Shown here piece after piece: positions 1 to 9,424 of a stretch of DNA of 64,000 bases (positions are counted from its first letter, which is position 1; the number at the start of each line of letters is the position of its first letter). This DNA is from Salinivirgaceae bacterium (GTDB lineage: Bacteria; Bacteroidota; Bacteroidia; Bacteroidales; SZUA-534). The position numbers were made by a program, and so were the translations under genes. The notes below the pieces were generated by a model. The model saw nothing but the letters and a program-made list of their open reading frames with translations, did not search any database and was not told the DNA's origin. The DNA lies in NCBI GenBank assembly GCA_017474765.1, contig JAFVGW010000060.1, positions 1,427 to 65,426 of the forward strand, read 5' to 3'.

Positions 1-766
1 AGCCAAACATTTTTTCGGCGTTGGAGGTTGTCCGTTCGGCCACCTCTTCAACGCTGATTTGCTTTATTTCAGCAAGTTTTTGCGCCACAAACGGCAGAAA
101 ACTGCTTTCGTTTCGCTTTCCGCGATGTGGGACAGGAGCCAGATATGGACAGTCGGTTTCCAGTAGAAGATGTTGAATGTCAATCTGTTCAATTACCTGC
201 GGAAGGTCCGATTTTTTGAAAGTTAGCACCCCGCCAATTCCAAGCATGAACCCCATGCCAATGGCCTGCTGAGCCTGCTCCAGCGTGCCCGAGAAGCAGT
301 GGAACACACCGCGAAGACGGTTGTCGGCAAGCGGCTCAAGGGCGGCAATGGTCTTTTCAATGGCGTTGCGAATATGCACAATGATGGGCAGCCCCAGCTC
401 TTTCGCCCATCTAACTTGTGTCGCGAAAGCGTCGAATTGCTCGCGCTCGAAAGTCTGGTCCCAATAGAGGTCGATGCCAATCTCGCCCACCGCGTAGAAC
501 CGCCGGCCGCTTGCCAGCATTGCCTCAACCTGCTTCAGCCCCGCTTTGTAGTCGCCGTCAACCGATGTTGGGTGTAGTCCGGCGCAAGGGAAAAAGTGTT
601 GCGGGTCAGTTGCCGCCATGTCGAGCATTGCTTGCCGCGATGTGGAGTCGATGTCAGGCATAATCAGTCTGTTAACTCCCGATTCAAAGCATCGGCCGAT
701 GGCCTCGGCTCGGTCGTTGTCAAACTCTTCGGCGTAAAGGTGCGAGTGGGTGTCAATAAAATCCAT
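1..766 (-). CDS. TatD family metal-dependent hydrolase/DNase (3' end cut by window edge)
   Basis: The minus-strand frame from the ATG at 766-764 stays open to position 1. Translation is MDFIDTHSHLYAEEF...YAVGEIGIDLYWDQTFEREQF...LPIIVHIRNA...GVFHCFSGTLEQA...LLLETDCPYLAPVPHRG, matching the TatD HxH, E, H, H, D motifs. It is absent from the ORF track because there is no in-window stop. Confidence 0.88.
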   Translation of the reverse strand, partial: MDFIDTHSHLYAEEFDNDRAEAIGRCFESGVNRLIMPDIDSTSRQAMLDMAATDPQHFFPCAGLHPTSVDGDYKAGLKQVEAMLASGRRFYAVGEIGIDLYWDQTFEREQFDAFATQVRWAKELGLPIIVHIRNAIEKTIAALEPLADNRLRGVFHCFSGTLEQAQQAIGMGFMLGIGGVLTFKKSDLPQVIEQIDIQHLLLETDCPYLAPVPHRGKRNESSFLPFVAQKLAEIKQISVEEVAERTTSNAEKMFG

Positions 767-812
767 TGTGAAAAGTTGTTTGTGCAAAAATAGGTTTTCA
801 TGAGTTTTGTCG

Positions 813-847
813 AAAAAAAACAGGGCGGAAAATGCTTTCCGTCCCTG
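813..847 (-). terminator. Intrinsic terminator with no annotated gene upstream of it
   Basis: The minus strand reads CAGGGaCGGAAA-GCAT-TTTCCGCCCTG followed by T8. It lies 47 nt upstream of the tatD-like start, so it must end a separate minus-strand transcript. Confidence 0.6.
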
Positions 848-962
848 TCGTCTGCCCGCCTGTGTGAGCGGGCTTTGGGCCGCGTCCTCCTTACCGGCTG
901 CGAGTGTGTAAAAGATGGTTGGTAAGGAATAACGATTGCTGGCAGGAGAGCGCGGCAAACAG
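813..962 (-). ncRNA. Candidate structured small RNA or 3' UTR element (family not recognised)
   Basis: No ORF is present. Minus-strand pairings are GCCGCG(ctc)TCC (956-945) with GGACGCGGC (887-879), TCCTTACC (928-921) with GGTAAGGA (895-888), and GCCCGC-N8-GCGGGC (873-854). The terminator at 847-813 follows. Confidence 0.3.
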
Positions 963-1300
963 AATTTTTCTGTAATTGGGAGTTTATATTATTGATAACC
1001 GGTTGGGCATTATTATTTAATTGTTCGTTTCAATCATTAAATTAGCATCGACAATGCGCAGCATAGTGCCGTAAGGGTCAGTAGTGCGCCAATAAACAGA
1101 CTAATAAAAGTTCGTGTTGTTTTCATAATATTAGATGGTTAAAAGACGGTTTAGGTTGCGTGATATATTGCGGATAATTCCGTTGTATCTCATTGCCAAA
1201 ATCATAATTGCAGCCAGAATCATAGTGTTTTGTTTTTTGTTCGTTTAACTGACAGTCCAAATGTCGCAATGCGATTCCAACCATGCAATAGCCAAAAAAT

Positions 1301-1370
1301 GAACGGCGGGTTTGACTTAACGAACGGCGGGTTTGACTTAACGAATGGCGGGTTTGACTTAACGAACGGT
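1301..1370. repeat. 21-bp tandem direct repeat, 3.3 copies (GAACGGCGGGTTTGACTTAAC)
   Basis: Copies lie at 1301-1321, 1322-1342 and 1343-1363 (one C>T change), plus a partial copy at 1364-1370. The repeat sits inside a ~720-nt gene-free gap. Confidence 0.95.
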
Positions 1371-1487
1371 TTTTGAAAATGACCAAAATCGGGGTAAAAA
1401 AGGGCTTTTTTAGGGGATTTTTTGAGCCCAAAATGCGAGTTTTGGCGTTGTGTGAATAAAAACGTGCGAATCCAACAACAACTATGC

Positions 1488-2099
1488 TTATTCAAAAAAC
1501 TCGTAAAACTCGCCGTTTCGCGGAATGAGCAGTGTCTGCAAACCCACTTCCTGCGCACCCGCAACGTTTCGTTCGGTGTCTTCAATAAAGAGCGTGCGCT
1601 GCAGATTGAGCTGCTGCTCGCGAATCACCGTCTCGTAAATCTCGCGCGACGGCTTCAGCATTCCCATCTCATGTGAGAGATAAACGTGGTCGAAAAACTG
1701 GTAGAAAGTGACACCGTATTCGGCAATGAGTTTATTGTGGAAATACTCGAAATGAGCATCGTTGGTGTTGCTGAGCATCAGCAGTTTATGATTCTGGTGC
1801 AGACGCTTTATCCACTCAATGCGCGCAGGTTTGTAGTTGAGCAGCATTGCGTTCCAGGCGGCAATGATTTCAGTTTCAGAAATATTTGTTTTGGCAATCT
1901 GGTTGATTCTCTCCACAAATTCGGTGCGGCTGATGTTGCCTTTCTCGTAGAGTTGTGGCAGCTGCTCAGTCTCAAGCAGGCGGGCTTTTTCCATGCCCAG
2001 CATCTCGACAAAACGCCGCCGCGAAAGGTCGGGGTCGATGTCGAGAATGACCCCGCCGAAATCGAAGATTATTGTGTCGAAATCAGAAAGTTTTACCAT
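1488..2099 (-). CDS. HAD superfamily hydrolase/phosphatase
   Basis: ORF 1488..2156. I start it at the ATG giving MVKLSDFDTIIFDFGGVILDID (HAD motif I DxDxx). LSNTN and FIEDTERNV look like motifs II and IV. The longer start would overlap the upstream gene. Confidence 0.8.
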   Translation of the reverse strand: MVKLSDFDTIIFDFGGVILDIDPDLSRRRFVEMLGMEKARLLETEQLPQLYEKGNISRTEFVERINQIAKTNISETEIIAAWNAMLLNYKPARIEWIKRLHQNHKLLMLSNTNDAHFEYFHNKLIAEYGVTFYQFFDHVYLSHEMGMLKPSREIYETVIREQQLNLQRTLFIEDTERNVAGAQEVGLQTLLIPRNGEFYEFFE

Positions 2100-2109
2100 T
2101 GCTGGCCAT

Positions 2110-2538
2110 TTATAAGTTGTTCTGATATAATGGGTTTCTGAAGATGACGGTTTCATTGTTCTGGGGGGTCGGTTTCATTTCCTGCACATACATTATTTCT
2201 GCCATCTCTTTGATTTTTCGGGCAATATCGGCTGCATTTCCAACACTCTCAAGACGCAGCCAGTAGTTTACAATGCGCATCAGAGTATCCTGCTCCTCGC
2301 CGTGCTGAACCAGATAATAGCTGGCACCGCTTTCGGCATCGCTCCACGCATAGACGGGAAAAGACAGCATGTCATTGTTTTGGTTCATGGCGATAAGCGC
2401 ATCCGACTCGGCAAGATTCCACCCGAACTGCTGATTGAAAAGCCATGCCAGACGGTAGATTGGCTCATACGACGTGACCGACAGAACAGTTATCTGCTCC
2501 GCAGCACCATCAACCGTATCAATCGTCAGTTTTTTCAT
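2110..2538 (-). CDS. Hypothetical protein (small conserved-looking Bacteroidota protein next to rnc; family uncertain)
   Basis: A 142-aa ORF packed tightly between the HAD gene and rnc. I cannot name any catalytic motif. Confidence 0.6.
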   Translation of the reverse strand: MKKLTIDTVDGAAEQITVLSVTSYEPIYRLAWLFNQQFGWNLAESDALIAMNQNNDMLSFPVYAWSDAESGASYYLVQHGEEQDTLMRIVNYWLRLESVGNAADIARKIKEMAEIMYVQEMKPTPQNNETVIFRNPLYQNNL

Positions 2539-2564
2539 CGATTTTTTTGCTAAAATACTGAAAT

Positions 2565-3290
2565 TTACAATAGAACCGACAGTGCGGCATGCGCTGCGTC
2601 CTGCTCGGCGTCTTTTTTTGTAAGTCCGTGACCTTCAGCTACTTTTTGTCCGTCAATCGATACTTCGGAAACAAAGTGCGGCGTGCGCGAATCGTCGGCT
2701 ACGGCGTTTGTGCTGAACGCAACCTCAACCTTTTTCTGCTGCGACCATTCGAGCAGACGGCTCTTGTGGTTGGTGTCGGTTTCCAGAACTTTCTCAATGT
2801 CGATGTATTTGGCAATCAGGCGTTTCTCGACAAACTTCCGCACCGCGCGGTAGCCCTGGTCGAGATAGAGAGCCCCGATGAATGCCTCGAAGGCGTCGCC
2901 AAGAATGTTCTTGTTGGTGTCGAAATGGAAGGCGTGCGACACAATGAACTTGTCGAGCCCGAGCGACTGTGTCAGCTGCGCCAGCGATTCGCCGTTCACA
3001 ATTTTCGAGCGCGTTTGGCTCAGAAATCCTTCCGATTTGTCGGGGAAATTGCGGTAGAGATATTCGGCCACGGTTGAGCCGAGAATCGCATCGCCCAGAA
3101 ACTCAAGCCGTTCATTGTTGATATACGTTCCGTCGGGCAGCTTGAGCGACGCCGACTTGTGCACAAACGCCAGCTTGTACAAGTCCTCGTTTTGCGGATA
3201 AAGTTTTGTTATGCGGTGCAATTCACTAATGAACCGCCTGTCGGTGCAGAACAATCGCTTTACGTAAAACGATAGGAGCCTGATTCTCAA
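2565..3290 (-). CDS. rnc: Ribonuclease III
   Basis: It carries the ERLEFLGDAILG signature and a C-terminal dsRNA-binding region (KSRLLEWSQQKK...AEQDAAHAAL). Confidence 0.93.
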   Translation of the reverse strand: MRIRLLSFYVKRLFCTDRRFISELHRITKLYPQNEDLYKLAFVHKSASLKLPDGTYINNERLEFLGDAILGSTVAEYLYRNFPDKSEGFLSQTRSKIVNGESLAQLTQSLGLDKFIVSHAFHFDTNKNILGDAFEAFIGALYLDQGYRAVRKFVEKRLIAKYIDIEKVLETDTNHKSRLLEWSQQKKVEVAFSTNAVADDSRTPHFVSEVSIDGQKVAEGHGLTKKDAEQDAAHAALSVLL

Positions 3291-3295
3291 AGCAT

Positions 3296-4543
3296 TCAGG
3301 AAATTTTCTTGAAGATGACCGAAGCGTTGTGGCCGCCGAATCCGAAGGTGTTGCTCAAAGCCGCTTTGATTTCGCGTTTTTGTGCCTTGTGCAGTGTCAG
3401 GTTCAGTTTCTCGTCAATCTGCGGATCCCACTCGCGGTGGTTGATGGTTGGCGGAATGATGCCGTCACGCAGAGCCATGATGCAGAAGGTTGCCTCCATT
3501 GCACCGGCAGCTCCCAGCATGTGGCCAGTCATCGATTTTGTTGAACTGATGTTCAGGTTGTAGGCGTGCTCGCCAAATACTTTGCCAATGGCTTTCAGTT
3601 CAGGAATATCGCCCACAGGGGTTGATGTGCCGTGAACATTGATGTAGTCGATGTCCTCGGGTTTCATTTGTGCGTCACGCAGAGCACGGTTCATGCAGAG
3701 CATTGCGCCTTCGCCCTCGGGGTGAGTGGCAGTGATGTGGTAGGCATCGGCCGAAGCGCCGCCGCCGACCATCTCGGCGTAGATGGTTGCGCCGCGTTTC
3801 ACGGCATGCTCATACTCTTCAAGGACAATTGAAGCGCCGCCTTCGCCCATTACAAAGCCGTCGCGGGTTTTGCAGAACGGGCGTGAAGCTGATTTGTACT
3901 CAGCGTTGTTGGTTGAGAGAGCCTGCATTGAGTTGAAACCGCCAATGCCAGGTTGGTCGATAGTGGCCTCTGAACCGCCAGTTACAACGGCAATTGCCTT
4001 TCCGAAACGAACATAGTTGAAAGCCTCAATCAAGGCGTTGGTTGATGATGCACAGGCCGAAACTGTTCCGAAATTCGGACCGCGGAAACCGTATCTCATT
4101 GAGATGAGACCGGCAGCCATGTCACCAATCATTTTTGGAACGAAGAACGGGTTGAAGCGCGGAATCTGTCCGCCCTCGGCGTAGCCCATAACCTCGTCGT
4201 AGAGAGTGGTGAGTCCGCCGATGCCAGAGCCCCAGATAACGCCCACCTCGTCTTTGTCGACATTGTCGACGATGTTTGAATTTTCAATGGCCTCCTTTGC
4301 GGCAATCACTGCGAACTGCGCAAACAAGTCCATCTTGCGTGCCTCTTTGCGGTCAAAATAGTTATTGGCATCGTAATTTTTGACCTCACAGGCAAATTGG
4401 GTTTTAAATTTGGATGCGTCGAAGTGTGTAATCAAGTCACTTCCACTAACTCCATTTATAGCATTTTCCCAAGTTTCCTTAAGATTATGGCCCAATGGAT
4501 TGATTGTGCCAATGCCTGTTACTACAACTCTCTTCAACTCCAT
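3296..4543 (-). CDS. fabF: Beta-ketoacyl-ACP synthase II
   Basis: It has the active-site Cys in VSACASSTNA and the His motifs VHGTSTPVGD and TGHMLGAAGA. It lies directly downstream of acpP. Confidence 0.95.
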   Translation of the reverse strand: MELKRVVVTGIGTINPLGHNLKETWENAINGVSGSDLITHFDASKFKTQFACEVKNYDANNYFDRKEARKMDLFAQFAVIAAKEAIENSNIVDNVDKDEVGVIWGSGIGGLTTLYDEVMGYAEGGQIPRFNPFFVPKMIGDMAAGLISMRYGFRGPNFGTVSACASSTNALIEAFNYVRFGKAIAVVTGGSEATIDQPGIGGFNSMQALSTNNAEYKSASRPFCKTRDGFVMGEGGASIVLEEYEHAVKRGATIYAEMVGGGASADAYHITATHPEGEGAMLCMNRALRDAQMKPEDIDYINVHGTSTPVGDIPELKAIGKVFGEHAYNLNISSTKSMTGHMLGAAGAMEATFCIMALRDGIIPPTINHREWDPQIDEKLNLTLHKAQKREIKAALSNTFGFGGHNASVIFKKIS

Positions 4544-4573
4544 AATTTAAAACCCAATTCTATGAAAGGAATA

Positions 4574-4810
4574 TTACTTCATGTTCTTCTCGATGTGAGC
4601 GATAGCGTCACCTACAGTGGTGATTTTGTCAGCCAGGTCATCAGGAATGGCAACATTGAATTCTTTTTCGAATTCCATAATCAACTCAACTGTGTCAAGT
4701 GAATCGGCACCCAAATCGTTAGTGAAACTTGCTTCGGGGGTAACCTCGTTTTCGTCAACACCTAATTTGTCAACAATAATAGCTTTTACTCTTGCTGCAA
4801 CGTCAGACAT
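4574..4810 (-). CDS. acpP: Acyl carrier protein
   Basis: A 78-aa protein with [17 protein letters not shown], carrying the phosphopantetheine-attachment Ser. Confidence 0.95.
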   Translation of the reverse strand: MSDVAARVKAIIVDKLGVDENEVTPEASFTNDLGADSLDTVELIMEFEKEFNVAIPDDLADKITTVGDAIAHIEKNMK

Positions 4811-4871
4811 AATTTCAAATTTTAGTTAAAAAATAAATTAGATAAACTTGGAAAGGAATCCCCTTTCGTTG

Positions 4872-4943
4872 AGGTACCGAGCGGATTCGAACCGCTGTAA
4901 CAGGTTTTGCAGACCTGCACCTAAGCCTCTCGGTCACGGTACC
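4872..4943 (-). tRNA. tRNA-Cys (GCA)
   Basis: The minus strand reads GGTACCG TG ACCGAGAGGCTTAGGT G CAGGT CTGCAAA ACCTG TTAC AGCGG TTCGAAT CCGCT CGGTACC T. It has a 7-bp acceptor stem, a T-loop TTCGAAT and anticodon GCA. Confidence 0.9.
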
Positions 4944-4957
4944 ATTTTTTTGCGCTG

Positions 4958-4986
4958 CAAATTTATAAAAATATTTTAGTTCCAAA
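4958..4986 (-). promoter_or_regulatory. Candidate Bacteroidota sigma-A promoter for tRNA-Cys
   Basis: The minus strand has TTTG (4986-4983), 17 nt, then TAAATTTG (4965-4958, matching TAnnTTTG) ending 14 nt before the tRNA 5' end. The spacing is slightly short of the usual 19-21 nt. Confidence 0.4.
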
Positions 4987-5020
4987 CATTACCTTTAAAT
5001 AAATCAAAACCACCTGGTTG

Positions 5021-5380
5021 TCAGCTGAATACGCGCTCCATTGTTACGCTTGCGCGACCCACTTTTCCACCCAGCGGCGGGTTTACTTTCGATATTTTGA
5101 CTCTTGCAGATGTTGCTGTCGGCACTTTGGCGGGCAGCGCCTCCAGAATGCGTTCGGCAACGTTCTCGAGCAAGTGCGATTTCACTGCCATTTGCTCCTT
5201 GACAACCTCATAGGCGGCAAGGTAGTTGGCGGCGTTGGAAACATCGTCGGTTGCGGCGGCAAGGCTGCAATCGGCTGTCATTGTGAGGTTGACTATGAAT
5301 TTGTTGCCCACTGTCTGCTCCTCTTTGTAGCAGCCGTGAAAGGCGTAAAACTCCATTTCCTCCAATTCCACAATTCCCAT
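5021..5380 (-). CDS. folB: Dihydroneopterin aldolase
   Basis: A 119-aa protein. The FolB-type N-terminus is IVELEEMEFYAFHGCYKEEQTVGNKF and the C-terminus is ...ISKVNPPLGG. Confidence 0.85.
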   Translation of the reverse strand: MGIVELEEMEFYAFHGCYKEEQTVGNKFIVNLTMTADCSLAAATDDVSNAANYLAAYEVVKEQMAVKSHLLENVAERILEALPAKVPTATSARVKISKVNPPLGGKVGRASVTMERVFS

Positions 5381-5448
5381 TCTGAAATCAATTTGTCAAA
5401 AAACCTTGCTTTGAGCAACAACTTTTGTGCCAAACTTTGCAAACTGGT

Positions 5449-8400
5449 TTAATTCTTCTTCCGCAGAATATAAATCGTATTCGATGTGTAGCGGTCGTTC
5501 TGAATGGTCTCAACGGTCATTCCGAGTGCGGCGGCAATCTGGCGCATACGCGTTTCCGACAGAAAGCAGAGCCGCTCTTCGGTCTTGTTGAACTTGATGA
5601 TGCGCGTCGACATTAGTTCGGTAAAGCGTGTCAGGCGGTGGCGCTGCTGCTCTTCGGTGTTGCCGTCGCGGATGATAATCTGGCCGCCGTCGGCAAGGGC
5701 TGCCACACACTTCTCAATCAGTTGCTGCTGATGGTCGGCGCTCATATAGTGCAGCATATCGTTCATTATGAACACATCGCTCTGCGGCAGCGGATATTCG
5801 AGCGCGTTGGCCTGCTCGAACCGCAGATGGCAGTGCTGGCGAAGCCATCCGTGCTGCGCCACGGCAATCTTGTCGTCGTCGTAGTCGATGCCCAGAATGT
5901 CGCGGTCGGCCGATGTCTGCGCAAGCATATAGCACAGCGGACCGAAACCGCAGCCAATGTCGGTGATGCGGGCGCGGCGCGGTATCAGTTTGTCGAACAA
6001 CTCGTAGTTGCCTTCCATACGGATTTTCACGCGCAGATACCACTCTTCGACAGGCCCTTTGAAGATGAAATTGTGCATTATGCGGCTGTGGATGGCCGTG
6101 CTCGACGTGGTTGTAAGTTCGTCGTAGAGTTTTTGGTATTCGGCTTTGAACCAGGCCGATATGCGTTTGGTTCGTTCCTGGTAGGTGTCGCCCCACGAGC
6201 GGTCGGTGTGGCTGATGCGCGGCAGGACGCTCACCACAATCCTTCCGCGCCGAACCATAAACGGCTGGTTTTTCGGTATCACATCGCCAGTGCCGTAGAG
6301 CAGCACGGGCACAATGTCGAGCCCGAGCGTGTCGGCAAGCATAAACGCGCCTTTGTGGAAGCGTCCGATGCGTCCGTCGGCCGAGCGTGTGCCTTCGGGG
6401 AAGATGACCACCGAAAAGCCTTCGCTGATGCGCTGCCGCACAGTTTCCTGATTCAGTTCAACGCCGTCGCCCGTGAAGATGAATCCCGCATAGCGGATGA
6501 GTCCGCCAAACACAGGCGACCTCCATACCCATTTGTTGGTCACCATCACCACGCGCGGCGACAGGGCCAGCATCGACAGTATGTCCATAAACGACTGATG
6601 GTTGGCGATGACCACAGCGGGGTGGTCGAAAACCTGACTGTCAACGAGCCGTTTGCTGTACCGCACCTGTCGCGACACAGCAAAAACAAATCGGCACGCT
6701 AGGTTCATCAGTCGGCAGATGAGCCGCCGCTTCCATATCCGCCTGACGGGCACCAAATACATCACGAAAGTGAGCAGCCGCAGCACAATGCAACTCAGCA
6801 CAAAGGCGCCGAAGCCGATGAAGGTCAGCAGCACGTCGGCCACGGTGTACGGCATATTGCCCTTTGCGGCGGGGTTGGCAATGAAGAAGTTGAAGATGAT
6901 GGGCTGAATGGTGAAGGCCACAAGCACCACGGCCAGCATTCCGAACATCGAAAGCAGCGAAATGGACTGAAGCGCAGGATGTTGCGCGAACACCAGCGCG
7001 CCCATTCCCACCACAATGGTGAATGCAGAGCAGAAAATGGCTGTTTTGTGCGAGTCAAGTGTCTGACGGCCAGTGCGATACTTGCTCTGAAGGCCGTCCA
7101 TTATGAATATGCTGAAATCGTCGCCAATGCCGAATATGAAGGTCGAAAGAATGATGTTGATGATGTTGAACTCGATGCCGAACAACCCCATCATTCCCAA
7201 AATGATGAACCAACTGATGAGCATCGGCAGAAAACTCATCAGCGTGAGTTCGAGCCGACCGAACGAGATGAGTAACGCAAAGAAAATCAGGAACGAAGAC
7301 GTGAACAGAATCCAATTGAAGTCGTCGTTCACAGCGTCAATCCATTGGCCAGTGAAGAAGGCGCGGTCGAAAATCACCATATCGCGGCTGTCGCTCATCA
7401 GGCTGTAAACCTGCTGTTTGCACGTGTCGGCCAAACGCACTTGCGTGATGAGCATCTTTGAGTTGTCTGACGGCACCTGCCATTCCTGCATCAGCGTTCC
7501 GAACGGGCCGTTGGTTCGGCTCAGGTCGACGGGCTCGAAATCGCCGTCGAACCATCGGTGGAAACTGCTGAAGGCGCTGGCTTTGAAGTGATAACGCTCG
7601 GCTTCGCTCTGCAGCGATTCGTTCAGAATCTGGCGGCGTTCCGTTGTCCAGAAATCGCGCCACAGCGCAATGCGCCGCCGTTGCTCGCTGGGGCTCACCA
7701 CAAATCGGCTGGCCGATGCGTAGTCGCGAATCAGCCCTGCCTGCCGCAGGCTGTCGAGTCGGGCGTTGATGCGGTTGTAGACGGTCAGCACCGAATCGTC
7801 GGTGGGGGCCACGCTCACAAACATCACCGTCTTCTCGTCGCCGTCGTAGTACGATTCCAACTTCTCACGGGCCGCCTTCAGGTGCTCGGGCTCGTAGTAC
7901 ATATCCATCAGGCTGCTGTTGAAGCGCACGTGGCCCGCGGTGAAGCAACTCACCACAATCACAACCAGCAGCGCGCCCACCAGCCAGCGGTTCCGCTCGT
8001 AGTGGTAGGCGTTGATTTTTTCGATGAGCCGCAGCATCCGTCCGCGTTTCACATCAGCCTGACCTTTAAGGAAATGCGGAAGAAAAATTAGGCAGAAAAG
8101 CGTGGTGCCGATGAGCGTGAGTGAAGCGAAAAGCCCGAAATCGCGCAGCAGCGCCGACGATGTGAAAACCAGCGCAAAAAAGGCACCGATAGTGGTGAAA
8201 CTGCCCACCGTGAGCGGGTAGGCCAGTTCGTCGATGAGTTGCTCGACAGTGCGTACGTGGTTCTGGTGCGCCAGCATATGGATTGAGTAACTCAACGCAA
8301 TGCCGATGACCGCCGCGCCCGCCCCGATGGCTATTGATGAGATTTCGCCTTTCAGCAGGGTAATGAGCGCCAGTGCGAAAAGACAGCCGAAAAGTGCGGG

Positions 8401-9294
8401 GACGATTATCAGTGGAACGGTGCGTTTGCGTTTGAAAATGAGCGAGATGAACACCACAATCACAATCAGCGCCACGATTGAAGTCAGCGCCGTATCGTTC
8501 TTGATTTGCCGCGCGTTGTAGACGCTCACCGACGCCCCGCCGAAATACTCGGTTTTGACGCCCGTGTGCATCTTGTTCATTTTGTTGATGTTATCTTCGA
8601 TGATGGTTACAAGTCCTTCGTTCTCACCGATGCGCCCCATATTGTATTTTGGCGTCAGCACCATCATCAAGGTCGATGTGTCGGCGGTGAACAGGTAACT
8701 ATCAACCACCACGTTGTCCGATTCTATCTCGAAATCTTGCAGATTCTCAAGTGTTTGCAGGCCCATTCCCATCGGGTCGCGCAAGATGAACTGCCGCGAG
8801 CCCACGCCGATGGGCGACACCAGGTTCTGGTAGTTCTCGCGCATCCGACTGGCAATGCCGTCGCGGGTGATGATGGTGTCGAGCCGCACATAGTCGCTGT
8901 CGGTCAGGAAGATGGGTAGATGCGCATAGACGAAATCGCTCACCCCGCCAATCATCTGGTTGTCGATGCGCAGCAGAATTCCGTTCAGGTAGTCGGCGGC
9001 TTCGGTCTGCAGGATTTGCTCAAGTTCTTCGGCTGCTTGAATCAGACTGTCGGCAGGCTCACCCGCACGCGGCGAGAATAGTACCACAATCTTATCCTTA
9101 ACGTTCAGATTCTGAAATACTTCGGCGGTCTTGTCGTTGTCGCCTGCCGCAGGAAAGAAATCGGTTACGTTCTGCCTGAAACTGATTCGCGACACAGCCA
9201 CGGCCATCAGCGCAATGCTGACCACCAAAAAACTGTAGAACAGCACTTTGCGGCGCTCGAAAAAGTGATAGAGACCTATGAATATTTTGCTCAT
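5449..9294 (-). CDS. Trifunctional fusion: MMPL/RND-type transporter + lysophospholipid (1-acyl-glycerol-3-P type) acyltransferase + class I SAM methyltransferase
   Basis: The ORF is open to 9351 (TTG); I start it at the ATG giving MSKIFIGLYHFF. The N-terminal ~830 aa have two blocks of transmembrane helices of MMPL type. The acyltransferase HX4D motif ANHQSFMDI lies at ~6584-6605 and FPEGTRS at ~6380-6403. The SAM motif DIGCGFGP lies at ~5940-5965. Confidence 0.85.
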   Translation of the reverse strand: MSKIFIGLYHFFERRKVLFYSFLVVSIALMAVAVSRISFRQNVTDFFPAAGDNDKTAEVFQNLNVKDKIVVLFSPRAGEPADSLIQAAEELEQILQTEAADYLNGILLRIDNQMIGGVSDFVYAHLPIFLTDSDYVRLDTIITRDGIASRMRENYQNLVSPIGVGSRQFILRDPMGMGLQTLENLQDFEIESDNVVVDSYLFTADTSTLMMVLTPKYNMGRIGENEGLVTIIEDNINKMNKMHTGVKTEYFGGASVSVYNARQIKNDTALTSIVALIVIVVFISLIFKRKRTVPLIIVPALFGCLFALALITLLKGEISSIAIGAGAAVIGIALSYSIHMLAHQNHVRTVEQLIDELAYPLTVGSFTTIGAFFALVFTSSALLRDFGLFASLTLIGTTLFCLIFLPHFLKGQADVKRGRMLRLIEKINAYHYERNRWLVGALLVVIVVSCFTAGHVRFNSSLMDMYYEPEHLKAAREKLESYYDGDEKTVMFVSVAPTDDSVLTVYNRINARLDSLRQAGLIRDYASASRFVVSPSEQRRRIALWRDFWTTERRQILNESLQSEAERYHFKASAFSSFHRWFDGDFEPVDLSRTNGPFGTLMQEWQVPSDNSKMLITQVRLADTCKQQVYSLMSDSRDMVIFDRAFFTGQWIDAVNDDFNWILFTSSFLIFFALLISFGRLELTLMSFLPMLISWFIILGMMGLFGIEFNIINIILSTFIFGIGDDFSIFIMDGLQSKYRTGRQTLDSHKTAIFCSAFTIVVGMGALVFAQHPALQSISLLSMFGMLAVVLVAFTIQPIIFNFFIANPAAKGNMPYTVADVLLTFIGFGAFVLSCIVLRLLTFVMYLVPVRRIWKRRLICRLMNLACRFVFAVSRQVRYSKRLVDSQVFDHPAVVIANHQSFMDILSMLALSPRVVMVTNKWVWRSPVFGGLIRYAGFIFTGDGVELNQETVRQRISEGFSVVIFPEGTRSADGRIGRFHKGAFMLADTLGLDIVPVLLYGTGDVIPKNQPFMVRRGRIVVSVLPRISHTDRSWGDTYQERTKRISAWFKAEYQKLYDELTTTSSTAIHSRIMHNFIFKGPVEEWYLRVKIRMEGNYELFDKLIPRRARITDIGCGFGPLCYMLAQTSADRDILGIDYDDDKIAVAQHGWLRQHCHLRFEQANALEYPLPQSDVFIMNDMLHYMSADHQQQLIEKCVAALADGGQIIIRDGNTEEQQRHRLTRFTELMSTRIIKFNKTEERLCFLSETRMRQIAAALGMTVETIQNDRYTSNTIYILRKKN

Positions 9295-9424
9295 TGCTTG
9301 TGTGCCCCGTTTGGGAAAATCTTCAAAAGAATTTTTGGCAAATGTAACCAATTAGGTATGATAAGCGAATTGTTTGTAGGGTGGAAAGGTGAAAGTTTTT
9401 TGGGATTTGAAAAAACAGTGGTAT

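Noticed and set aside
1123-1585. ORFs 1123..1431 and 1220..1585 with repeated peptide SLSQTR / SNPPFVK
   Set aside because: The repeated peptides are just translations of the 21-bp tandem DNA repeat. There is no start context, and the two ORFs overlap each other and the HAD gene end.
5638-6702. Long antisense ORFs (5638..6702, 11693..12655, 27778..28530, 30811..31617, 37326..38222, 59810..60637, 61880..62761 and similar)
   Set aside because: Each lies opposite a confidently identified gene. They have Arg/His/Val/Ala-rich compositions typical of antisense frames of G+C-balanced genes, and they show no recognisable domains.
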